Below, piece after piece: positions 11,101 through 23,200 of a stretch of DNA of 64,000 nt. The stretch is from contig CATNEN010000038.1 in assembly GCA_950097015.1 (NCBI GenBank), positions 5,766,001 to 5,830,000 of the forward strand, written 5' to 3'. The position numbers and the translations under genes were made by a program. The DNA is from Macrostomum hystrix. Its lineage: Eukaryota > Animalia > Platyhelminthes. The notes under the pieces were generated by a model that searched no databases, was not told where the DNA came from, and worked only from the letters and a program-made list of their open reading frames with translations. Every line of letters begins with the position of its first letter. Positions within the stretch are counted from its first letter, which is position 1.

Positions 11101-13544
11101 CTCACTCTTTCCTCACCTATCATAACTCACTCTCTCCTCACCTGTCATAACTCACTCTCTCCTCACCTGTCATAACTCACTCTTTCCTCACCTGTCATAA
11201 CCCACTCTTTCCTCACCTGTCATAACTCACTCTCTCCTCACCTGTCATAACTCACTCTTTCCTCACCTGTCATAACTCACTCTTTCCTCACCTGTCATAA
11301 CTCACTCTCTCCTCACCTGTCATAACTCACTCTCTCCTCACCTGTCATAACTCACTCTTTCCTCACCTGTCATAACTCACTCTTTCCTCACCTATCATAA
11401 CTCACTCTCTCCTCACCTGTCATAACTCACTCTTTCCTCACCTGTCATAACTCACTCTTTCCTCACCTGTCATAACTCACTCTTTCCTCACCTATCATAA
11501 CTCACTCTCTCCTCACCTGTCATAACTCACTCTCTCCTCACCTGTCATAACTCACTCTCTCCTCACCTGTCATAACTCACTCTTTCCTCACCTGTCATAA
11601 CTCACTCTCTCCTCACCTGTCATAACTCACTCTCTATTCACCTGTCATAACTCACTCTTTCCTCACCTGTCATAACTCACTCTCTATTCACCTGTCATAA
11701 CTCACTCTCTATTCACCTGTCATAACTCACTCTCTACTCACCTGTCACCTATCACTCTCTGTCACAACTCATTATCTACTGACCTGGTCACCTGTAATCT
11801 CTATATTTTCAGAGTCGGTGCAACTATTACGCAGGCAATCCGGCCTGAAAACTCAGAATTAACTCCTAATTCACTCGAACTCGAGCCAGTCTCAGCTTCT
11901 CAACACATCTACATGTGAGAATTTCAGTAAAAGTAGCCAAATTAAATTATCTATTTTATTACCTTCAGCTCATTTTTACAATATCTGACGAAATCGAATT
12001 GCAGTAAACCTGACGTCCGGTAAAGTATATAAAACGGTGTGTTTTCAGCAGATTAATTTATAATCTTACGCATTTTCATAGTAATTGTTAATTGCAGTGA
12101 AGACCCAGTGAACTATACCTACGATGAAATTGTGGACGCTGAAACGTGAGTGACGGAAGTACTGTTATGCGAATTGCAATGAAATTCACCTGGCATTGTC
12201 AAGCGACATTGTTTTTCAGTGCTGGAACCAGTCAAGTTGCGGTTCCTTCAAGAAGCACAACCGATACGTGAGTCCATCAGGTTTATCGCAGTCTTCTCTG
12301 ATTGGCCAGAATACTGTGTATATATTTTTATTTTACTATCATTTAAGATCCTTTATCACAGCTGCTCAGGGTGATAGGTATGGCCGGAAAACTGTTTATA
12401 GAATATGAAAATATCTCAAAATTCCAGGAATTAAACACTACGTACCAAGCTTCGAAAAAATTATTGCTGCTTTCAGGGTCCCGCAAGCTGCTCCACTTCC
12501 TACAAATAGCAGCTTGGCACAAACCGCCCACCAACTCGATCAGGACAGTACAATTGACACGAGCGAGCTGCAATCGTCAGATAATCGGTGAGAAACACTG
12601 TTTAATTACCACAGCTGTGATTGGGTGACAGCTGTGATTGGTTACCAGCTGTGATTGGGTGCCAGCTGCGATTGATTACCAGCTGTGATTGGGTGCCAGC
12701 TGTGATTGGTTACCAGCTGTGATTGGGTGCCAGCTGTCATTTGGTATTAGCTGTGATTGGGTTGCCAACTGTGATTGGGTTGCCAGCTGTGATTGGCTGC
12801 CAGATGTGATTGGCGGCCAGATGTGATTGGCTGCCAGATGTGATTGGCGGCCAGATGTGATTGGCTGCCAGATATGATTGGCGGCCAGATGTGATTGGCT
12901 GCCAGATGTGATTGGCTGACAGATGTGATTGGGGGTACCAGTTGTGATTGGATTGCAGCTGTGATTGGATGGCAGCTGTGATTGGATGGCAGCTGTGATT
13001 GGATGGCAGCTGTGACTGGATGGCAGCTGTGACTGGATGGCAGCTGTGATTGGATGGCAGCTGTGATGTCTGCGGGCAATCAATGCGAGCAATTTTTTAT
13101 AGCAAAATAAAATCTCTTTTCAGATCGAACAAGAACGACTTAACTTTTGAGAGCCGGGAAACTATGAACAAGTGAGTTTTCGATATTGAAGCTTGAGTGA
13201 GGTCTTAAGGTCATTTTGGGCACCTTCATGAGGCCACCTTCATTGGGGCGCAGCCGCGGAGAGAAGGCTTGGTGGCTTGTACAGGGTGCCAATTTCCAAG
13301 GCACAGTGAGAGTGTACACCGCCTGACGATGAGAAAGTCAGGGCAGATATACACACCTGTGTGAGCTGTGCTCAGAGTCAGCAGAATAGCTAGAATTGCC
13401 TCCTCGCTGTCTTCAGGTGCCTCATTCAAGAATATCCCAATAAATTTTTCTTTCAGCGAATCAAACCGGATCCAAGTGGATAATCCTTATGCGCAGTCTG
13501 GCCCAGTCGATGGGAACAAAATCCGCAGCCTGACACGGAAATAA
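8119..13544 (+). CDS. Receptor paralog B: single-pass type-I membrane protein. Exons approx. 8119-8173, 8931-9075, 10049-10429, 11813-11914, 11969-12019, 12098-12145, 12220-12267, 12348-12377 (or 12370-12441), 12477-12587, 13124-13171, 13457-13544
   Basis: Signal peptide MELLLLLPQLLLTIGLQL|ALG-QDAPC. The segment DLANQLNPRSSGDFSVLINLPFNRVFCS and motif EYFVAMRGCNTRMC match paralog A. TM VAGVAAGPVTALLLITFAAGAFVWLY. Phase 2-2 tail exons carry HIY, YTYDEI and DNPY; stop TAA at 13542-13544. Confidence 0.72.
8236..8815. repeat. 16-17-bp minisatellite (CTGCATAAAACCCACA)n, intron 1 of receptor B
   Basis: Periodicity seen directly. Confidence 0.95.
9123..10006. repeat. 17-bp minisatellite (GATTGGGTGACAGTTGT)n, intron 2 of receptor B
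   Basis: Periodicity seen directly; related array at 12610-13068. Confidence 0.95.
10606..11770. repeat. 25-bp minisatellite (CTCACCTGTCATAACTCACTCTTTC)n, ~46 copies, intron 3 of receptor B
   Basis: Periodicity seen directly. Confidence 0.96.
12610..13068. repeat. 16-18-bp minisatellite (CAGCTGTGATTGG...)n
   Basis: Periodicity seen directly; same family and orientation as 9123-10006. Confidence 0.92.
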
Positions 13545-14061
13545 ATTTGCAGGATAATTCCAGAACCGTGACTGAGGATGCGTCCAATTTGTACTTTTAA
13601 GCGCCCCTTAACTACTAGCTTTATCTTTAGAGATAGCCATAACTAACACCTCTAGCGGCTGTGAAATAAAAATACTTTAAAGCAGATGAACCATTTAAAC
13701 AAATTGTTTTATCAGTCCAAACCCAAGCAGGTCTCAAGCGTTTTATTTTTGTGCGAAATGCCGAAAAATAGGAAAAAAAACACGAAATAGTACGAAAGAA
13801 TTATTGCAAGGTAGAAAATATTAGCGCGACAAATCGACTGTAACTAGTCATATAAATCCGATCTAATACTGTACAGTAGGCACACATAATTCGGATATTG
13901 GATTTACTAATCCGTAAAAATCTTTGTTTTGGAATTTTCAGCGCAATAGAAAGATCATTGTGAAAAACTTTGGCATCTTATAAGTAATCAAACTATTTGA
14001 TCCTTGTAAAGCATTTAGGATCACGAATAGGGATTGGCATAACAGACTGGGATAAGGGATC

Positions 14062-14500
14062 AGTGATCACAGAGTGGGATCTGGGATTAATCATCACAGA
14101 GTGGGATTTGGGATTAATCATCACAGAGTGGGATTTGGGATTAATCATCACAGAGTGGGATCTGGGATTAATCATCACAGAGTGGGATCTGGGATTAATC
14201 ATCACAGAGTGGGATCTGGGATTACTCATCACAGAGTGGGATTTGGGATTAATCATCACAGAGTGGGATCTGGGATTAATCATCACAGAGTGGGATTTGG
14301 GATTAATGATCACAGTGGGATTTGGAATTATTGATCACAGAGTGGGATCTGGGATTAGTCATCACAGAGTGGGATTTGGAATTATTGATCACAGAGTGGG
14401 ATCTGGGATTAGTCATCACAGAGTGGGATTTGGAATTATTGATCACAGAGTGGGATTTGGGATTAGTGATTACAGAGTGGGATTTTGGATCAGTGATCAT
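14062..14500. repeat. 27-bp minisatellite (ATCACAGAGTGGGATCTGGGATTAATC)n
   Basis: Periodicity seen directly. Confidence 0.95.
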
Positions 14501-15074
14501 TGATCGGATTTAATATCAGGGATCAAAGATTAGGGTTTGGGATTAGGGACTCCCTATTGTAAATTGGGATTATTAAATGGCAAGGCATTGATTACATAGA
14601 TGGGGAAATGTCGAAGGCAAATTTGAAGCAGGCAAACAAGATGCGGCGTGATTAAGAAGCTACTGGAACAACAGGAAAAAATCACAGTTGCTAATGAATG
14701 AAAATTATTTATCAAACTATTGCGGTAAAGAAAAAACATTATTCATTAGGAATAAAAAGTATACAAATATTCGTCTATCATTTTAATCTTTGATTCATAC
14801 AGCCATATATACTACTGAATGATGCGCACATATTTAAGTTCAAGTAGTAAAAATAGGACATATTATATTCTTCAGTCACTGAAATCAAATTCAACAAGCA
14901 AGATGGAATGGTAAAAAAAGCAGATAATTTTTTGCTAATGGGCTCGCAAAGGAAATATAAATACGACTGAATAGTACTGAAAATGTCTTGTCATTCAAAC
15001 GCACATGAAGCCAGAGGCAGGAAAATACGCAGATTCTAGATACTAAATCTGGAAATCTCGGTGCAAGTTGTGTA

Positions 15075-17206
15075 ATCTGAATAATCCCAGTCTAGATTTC
15101 TTAATCTAAAAAATCCCAATCTAGATTTCTTAATCCAAAAATCCCAGTCTAGATTTCTTAATCCAAAAAATCCCAATCTAGATTTCTTAATCCAAAAAAT
15201 CCCAATCTAGATTTCTTAATCCAAAAAATCCCAATCTAGATCTCTTAATCCAAAAATCCCAATCTAGATTTCTTAATCTAAGAATCCCAATCTAGATTTC
15301 TTAATCCAAAAAATCCCAATCTAGATTTCTTAATCCAAAAAATCCCAATCTAGATTTCTTAATCTAAGAATCCCAATCTAGATTTCTTAATCTAAAAATC
15401 CCAATCTAGATTTCTTAATCCAAAAAATCCCAATCTAGATTTCTTAATCTAAGAATCCCAATCTAGATTTCTTAATCTAAAAATCCCATAGATTTACTAA
15501 TCTAAAAATCCCAATCTAGATTTCTTTTAACCCCAAAATCCCAATCTAGATTTCCTAATCTAAGAATCCTAATCTAGATTTCTTAATCTAAGAATCCCAA
15601 TCTAGATTTCTTAATCTAAAAATCCCAATCTAGATTTCCTAATCTAAGAATCCTAATCTAGATTTCTTAATCTAAGAATCCCAATCTAGATTTCTTAATC
15701 TAAGAATCCCAATCTAGATTTCTTAATCTAAGAATCCCAATCTAGATTTCTTAATCTAAGAATCCCAATCTAGATTTCTTAATCTAAGAATCCCAATCTA
15801 GATTTCTTAATCTAAGAATCCCAATCTAGATTTCTTAATCTAAGAATCCCAATCTAGATTTCTTAATCTAAGAATCCCAATCTAGATTTCTTAATCTAAG
15901 AATCCCAATCTAGATTTCTTAATCTAAAAATCCCAATCTAGATTTCTTAATCTAAGAATCCTAATCTAGATTTCTTAATCTAAGAATCCCAATCTAGATT
16001 TCTTAATCTAAAAATCCCATAGATTTCCTAATCTAAGAATCCTAATCTAGATTTCTTAATCTAAGAATCCCAATCTAGATTTCTTAATCTAAGAATCCTA
16101 ATCTAGATTTCTTAATCTAAAAATCCCATAGATTTACTAATCTAAAAATCCCAATCTAGATTTCTTTTAACCCAAAAATCCCAATCTAGATTTCTTAATC
16201 TAAGAATCCCAATCTAGATTTCTTAATCCAAAAAATCCAAGTCTAGATTTTTTAATCCAAAAAATCCCAATCTAGATTTCTTAATCCAAAAATCTTAATC
16301 TAGATTTCATAATCTAAGAATCCTAATCTAGGTTTCTTAATCTAAAAATCCCATAGATTTACTAATCTAAAAATCCCAATCTAGATTTCTTTTAACCCAA
16401 AAATCCCAATCTAGATTTCCTAATCTAAGAATCCTAATCTAGATTTCTTAATCTAAGAATCCCAATCTAGATTTCTTAATCTAAAAATCCCATAGATTTA
16501 CTAATCTAAAAATCCCAATCTAGATTTCTTAATCCAAAAAATCCAAGTCTAGATTTTTTAATCCAAAAAATCCCAATCTAGATTTCTTAATCCAAAAATC
16601 TTAATCTAGATTTCATAATCTAAGAATCCTAATCTAGATTTCTTAATCTAAAAATCCCAATCTAGATTTCTTAACCCAAAAATCTTAATCTAGATTTCTT
16701 AATCTAAGAATCCTAATCTAGATTTCTTAATCCAAAAATCTTAATCTAGATTTCTTAATCTAAGAATCCTAATCTAGATTTCTTAATCTAAAAATCCCAA
16801 TCTAGAATTCTTAATCCAAAAAATCCCAGTCTAGACTTATTAATCCAAAAAATCCCAATCTAGATTTCTTAATCCAAAAATCATAATCTAGATTTCTTAA
16901 TCTAAGAATCCTAATCTAGATTTCTTAATCTAAAAATCCCAATCTAGATTTCTTAATCCAAAAATCTTAATCTAGATTTCTTAATCTAAAAATCCCAATC
17001 TAGATTTCTTAATCTAAAAATCCCAATCTAGATTTCTTAATCCAAAAAATCCCTATCTAGATTTCTTAATCTAAGAATCCTAATCTAGATTTCTTAATCT
17101 AAAAATCCCATAGATTTACTAATCTAAGAATCCTAATCTAGATTTCTTAATCTAAAAATCCCATAGATTTACTAATCTAAAAATCCCAATCTAGATTTCT
17201 TAATCT
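15075..17206. repeat. ~28-bp AT-rich minisatellite (AATCCCAATCTAGATTTCTTAATCTAAG)n, ~2.1 kb
   Basis: Periodicity seen directly; a TCTAGA site in most units. Confidence 0.97.
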
Positions 17207-17264
17207 GCAAACCGTACCTGTAGTACAGATTGTCAGTGGGCATGCTGGAATTAACGCATCGAAT

Positions 17265-20200
17265 TCAAAGCAGATCATTGACAAGACTGACAGCAGCTGG
17301 CACCTTGTGCGGCTGCTGTGGCTGTTTTTGGGAGGCCTCAGCCAGCATACCCTGCAGCTGCGGCATGAGGGCGCCAGGCAGAGGTCTCAGATCAGACTCG
17401 GCAGCCCAGCACAGCTTCATGAGCTGCCAGCACTCATCAGTGAAGCACGGCAGCCGTTCAGGCCGGACTCCCCGCTTCACGGAGGTCCAGAGCACATCCT
17501 TGGTGGTGCACTGCTCGAAATTGTACGGCAGGCGGACTGTACCGGCGCACAGGTACCAGAACAGGATGCCGAAGGCGTACACGTCAACGGAGGAGTCGTA
17601 GACGCCGGAGAACAGCTCCGGCGGCATGTGGATGGGCGTGCCGACGATGCTGCCGCTCATCATGGCGTGCGGCTTGCAGAAGCCGAGGTCCGTCAGCTTG
17701 GCCCGATTGCGACGGTCAAGCAGCACATTCTTCAGCTTGATGTCACGGTGCACTAGACCCTGGCTGTGCAGGAATCGGATTCCTTCGACAACATCGCAGG
17801 CCACCTGAAGACTGCGAGCATGACGGATAAGACACGAATGACCGAATCCTAATGACCGAATCCCAATGACCGAATGAAAATGACTGAATACCAATGACTG
17901 AATACCAATGACTGAATACCAATGACTGAATGCCAATTACTGATTATCAATGACTGATTATCAATGACCGAATGCCAATGACCGAATGCCAATGACCGAA
18001 TGCCAATGACCGAATACCAATGACTGAATACCAATGACTTATAGTCAAAGACTGATTATCAATGACTGATTATCAATGACCGAATCCCAATGACCGAATC
18101 CCAATGACCGAATGCCAATGACCGAATGCCAATGACCGAATGCCAATGACCGAATCCCAATGACCGAATCCTAAAGACTGAATAAAAATGGCTAGATCCC
18201 AATGACAGAATCCCAATGACAGAATCACAATGACAGAATCCCAATGACAGAATCCCAATGACAGAATCACAATGACAGAATCCCAATGACAGAATCCCAA
18301 TGACAGAATCCCAATGACTAGACACTGCCAGCACTCACCGTCCAGGCCAGTTGAGGTTCTGCTTGATGGCCGCATGGAGATCCCTGGCCAGCCGCTCCAT
18401 GATCAGCAGAACAGCCGGCCCGCTGCCGTAGGTGTAGTCGATGACCGAGCCGCGAAGGTGGGCGATGCGTTCGTGCTCTGGCAGGTGTCTGGCGGGTTGA
18501 TCGGCGAGGGTTGAGACGGTGCAAAAGAAAGACACGGGTAGAAAAAGAAGAAATAGGCCACCCGAGGCCCCACAGCTCACTTAGTATAATAGAACTCCAG
18601 AGCCAGATCATTCCAGTGTTTGTCGTCGGGCGGCACCACAGATTTGACGGCCACCGGGCTGAAGCCGCCCCAGGCCTCACAGGAATAGACCACACCGTAT
18701 TGGCCGCGACCGATCTCTCTCCCAATCTGCGGCATACCTGCATTCGGGGATTCAGGGAGAGAAAATATGCAAAATCAGCTGGGGAATTCCAGTAGCTACT
18801 GGGGAAGCATTGTGAAAAAGAGGTTGGTAGTCACGTAAAAAAAGTAGATAGGCAGGTAAGAGAGGTAGATAGGCAGGTATGAGAGGTAGATAGGTAGGTA
18901 AGAGAGGTAGGTAGGTAGGTAAGAGAGGTAGATAGGTAGGTGAGAGAGGTAGATAGGTAGGTAAGAGAGTATGGTACGTGGGTAAGAGGGGTAGATAGGT
19001 AGGTAAGAGAGGTAGATAGGTAGGTAAGAGAGGTAGATAGGTAGGTAAGAGAGTATGGTAGGTGGGTAAGAGGGGTAGATAGGTAGGTAAGAGAGGTAGA
19101 TAGGTAGGTAAGAGAGTATGGTAGGTGGGTAAGAGGGGTAGATAGGTAGGTAAGAGAGGTAGATAGGTAGGTAAGAAAAGTAGACGAAAGTGAGATAATC
19201 GACTGCGGGTGAGACGGTGGTGTCGAGGGGTTGACAGGTGGTGTCGAGTCGAGGGGTAGACAGGTGGTGTCGAGTCGAGGGGTAGACAGGTGGTGTCGAG
19301 GGGCAGACAGGTGGTGTCGAGGGGTAGACAGGTGGTGTCGAGGGATAGACACGTGGTGTCGAGGGGTAGACACGTGGTGTCGAGGGGTAGGTTAAGGTGG
19401 GTTAAAAGTAGAGTAAAGTAAAACAGTAAGTAAAGCAGAGACGGACAGGCAGGACACAGGGGGTACACAGGTGAGGCACAGGTTTAAAAGAGGAGGCACT
19501 GGAATTACCATAGACAATCATGTCGCGGATGGAGACAGATTCCAGGGCTAGTCTAGCAATCCGTGGAGCGTGTCGCCGCCTGATGAGGTCTCGCTGGTCC
19601 TCGCAAGCGGCCGTGTGGGCGCTGAGCCGGTCTTCCAGCCGACGCATCGCAGCCGTGAAGGCCTCGTGAGCCGCCCGCACCCGCTCGGAGATCTGGCCGC
19701 ACATGTGCCTGGCCAGTCGCTGGTCGGACAGGTGACCGAGCATCTCCTGGGCCACGCCTCGGCGCCATTCACTGTCCAGCTTCGGCGGCGATGACCAGGG
19801 CATCGAGGTCATGAGCTGCGGAGAGAAGGGCAGCCGGCTGGTTGAGCATCTGCGTCTCCCAGACCAATCCAATCCAATCAAATTTCAATCCAATCCAATC
19901 CAATTCAATCCGATCCAGTCTAATCTAATCAAATCCCAATCCAATTCCAAATCCAATCCACCCCAGCAAAATCCAAATTAATCAAATCCAATCTAATTCA
20001 ATCCAATTCCAATCCAATCCACCCCAGTAGAATCCAATCCAATCCAATCCACTACAGTAGAATCCAATCCAATCCAATCCACTACAGTAGGATACAATCC
20101 AATCCAATCCACTACAGTAGGATACAATCCAATCCAATCCACTACAGTAGGATACAATCCAATCCAATCCACTACAGTAGGATACAATCCAATCCAATCC

Positions 20201-23200
20201 ACTACAGTAGGATACAATCCAATCCAATCCACTACAGTAGGATACAATCCAATCCAATTTAATTCAATTCCAATTTCAATTCCAATCCAATCCAATCCAG
20301 TCTAATCCAATTCCAATTACAATTCCAATCCAATCCAATCCAATCCAATCCAATCCAGTCTAATCCAATTCCAATTCCAATCCAATTCCAATTCCAACCC
20401 AATTCAATCCAATCCAACCCAATCCGCAGCCACCTCTTTGATCTTCTCCAGCAGGGCTCGCACGTAGGTGGAGCCGGTCTTCACGGTGATTTCCACCTGA
20501 TAGGCGGCATTCACAATCTGCCTCAGAGCCTCCGTGGCGCTGGCGCTGTTTCCCCCGCCGCCTTCGGCTCCGCCAGATGTCGACGACGCTGCCGCCGTTG
20601 CCATGGCTGCCGACGCCGCTGAAGGGGCTGCAGCGCCCTGAGCGGGATCTTCGTCCTCCAGACTCTCCAAGCAGCGGGTCAGGGTGCCGGTGTATGCGTC
20701 CCTGAACACATCGATGGACTGCAGCAGCTGGTCGCTGATGGCGGAGTTCAGCTTGGCCATCACCAGCTCGCGAATCTGCAGGCTGCAGCGCCTGGCGTTC
20801 GCGCCGTGCGACTGCGTTGGGTCGTAGCGGAACTGGAAGGCCTCGGCAGCCAGGAGCAGGCACTCGCGCATATTCTGGAGAACAGTTTCATGTGAAAATA
20901 GATGTGAAATTATTCTTGTAATTATCAGTCTGAGATTCTCTTTGCGATTTTTTTATTTTTTCATCGAATTCTTGTACATCCCATTCTGAGAGCCTTGTAC
21001 ACTCCAATCTGAGATTCTTGTACACATCAATATAAGATTATTGTACACCTCAATATGAGATTCTTGTACACCTCAAAATAAGATTATTGTACACCCCCAA
21101 ACTGAGATTCTTGTACACCCCAAACTGAGATTCTTGTACACCCCAAACTGAGATTCTTGTACACCCCAAACTGAGATTCTTGTACACCCCAAACTGAGAT
21201 TCTTGTACACCCCAAACTGAGATTCTTGTACACCCCAAACTGAGATTCTTGTACACCACATATCAGGCCTTCACAAAATCGACCAGACCTCCAAGGTGAA
21301 GGCGATGAGCTGTCGAATTTCCTCCTGCTTTCTGCTGGAAATTTCCATCAGCGAGTTGTACAACTCCAGCTCTTTGGACTTCGCGAAGCGGAGCTTCTTT
21401 GGCGTCACGAGGACATCCCTGTACGATAAATTAAAACAAATCAAAATTAAAACAAATCAAAATTATTTACTAAAATACTGGTAAAAGTAGCTATTTACGC
21501 AGAGGCCTTAAAAAAATTTCTCCTGAGTGGTCGGGAGTTCGTATCCCAGCCGCTAGTGTATTTAAGAAAATTACGTGTCATTGTCGTAATGTCTTACTCT
21601 AGAAGACCCACAGCCAGCAATTCTGCCCACTCCGCTGAGCACAGCTCACACAGGTGTGTACATCGGCCCTGACGTTCTCATCGTCAGGCAGTGTACACTC
21701 TCACTGTGCTTTCGAGGTTGGCCCTCAAGGGCGTAAATTGCAGGACAAGCCCCCAAGTCTTCTGTCCGCGGCTGCGCTCCAAATTAATGTGGCCTCGCCG
21801 AGTAATCGACCTCAGGGACCTTGGTGCGAGAGGCATAATTGTTAGTCCGTTCTGCCACCGACCCCCCCCTTTACGCTACGATAATTTTGCAAATTTTTGT
21901 GGTAGATGTCGATTTCAATCATTTCCATAGTTGTACCCTGAAAATGTATAGTCCGATATTTTCCAGCTTTATATTTTTCAAACCTGCGAGCGCATTACAA
22001 CATCAGCTCACCTGGCCAGGTCGAAAGCCAGCAGAATGAAATTGTTGAGCACAGCGCAGTGGTTATCATTGAGCAGTGTGGCTGCCCTGACGAGAATCTG
22101 TTGCAGGGCGCGCCTTACGTAGATCAGAATGCGGCAGAAGTTCGCTTCAAAGTTCTCAACCAGCTCCGAGGCCAGCGGCTGGCAGGCGGCTTCGGCGGGT
22201 GGACCCGCGCCGGCTGCCATGCCGGTGACTTGAGCACGACTCGCGCCTGCAGGTTAATCAAGCTGCTCAACAGTTGAAAGTCCTCGCTATTCGCCACAAT
22301 AACATTGCTCTTCGGCGAATCCGTATTATAACCAATACAATACAGTCAACAATGATAGCCGACGTTGTTAAAGGATAAAATTTTGTGAGCAGAAGAACGA
22401 TGCCTATATTGGTGGCTTTTGCCACCAGACACCCCAACAAAAACCGTTGAATATCTCGACGATGTCAATATTTTATGATTGTGGAAATTGTTTCATCGGA
22501 CAGAACGGAAATTTTAGCCCAAGTTCTGGATTTCATGGCGATTGGTCGAATATTTTAGGAGATACAGAAAGAAAACTGTGGCTATTTGAAACCCGTGGCC
22601 TTTCTAAGTTTCGACTGTTAACGCAAATAAACCAATAGTATTCGAATTTTAAATTGGCGCCAAGCCCCACCTCCCGGTATGATGCTGAGGAAGCCGAGCT
22701 CGCACAGGTCTGCAAACAGTCTGGGCGCCGCCTGCTGCTGCTGTTGCTGCTGCTGATGATGAAATGAATCTGGACCAGGCAGTACGGGAGGCGGTGACGT
22801 CAGCTGCCTGCGCTGCTGCCGATAATTCGCGTAGGCGGCCGGCTGAGGCACCCGGATGAAGAACAACGGCAGACTGGGCGCCAGCTGACGGTGCTGCTGC
22901 AACTCGGTGAGGTCCGAGCTGGTCAGGTGATCCAGCTCGATGGCGTACACCAGAATTGGCTGCGCACCCCGGGTGCACTGCGAGAACACCTGCGAGAGGC
23001 GATGCGAGGTGCCTGCATCATCTCTGTCTTCGGTGGTCACTAGGTAGACACTATGTACACCCTGAAGCGAATTTCTCCCATTTCACTGATCAAGCCAAAA
23101 TATTAGGCGCAGCTCAGGACAGCATCGCCTACCCTGTCAACCAATTAGTCAGCAACCACAGCTCTTTGCATTCAGGCGCTGCCTGAAAACCTTTACGGGT

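Noticed and set aside
14525-14550. Telomeric TTAGGG
   Set aside because: Only two isolated hexamers at the degenerate edge of a GGGATT-rich minisatellite.
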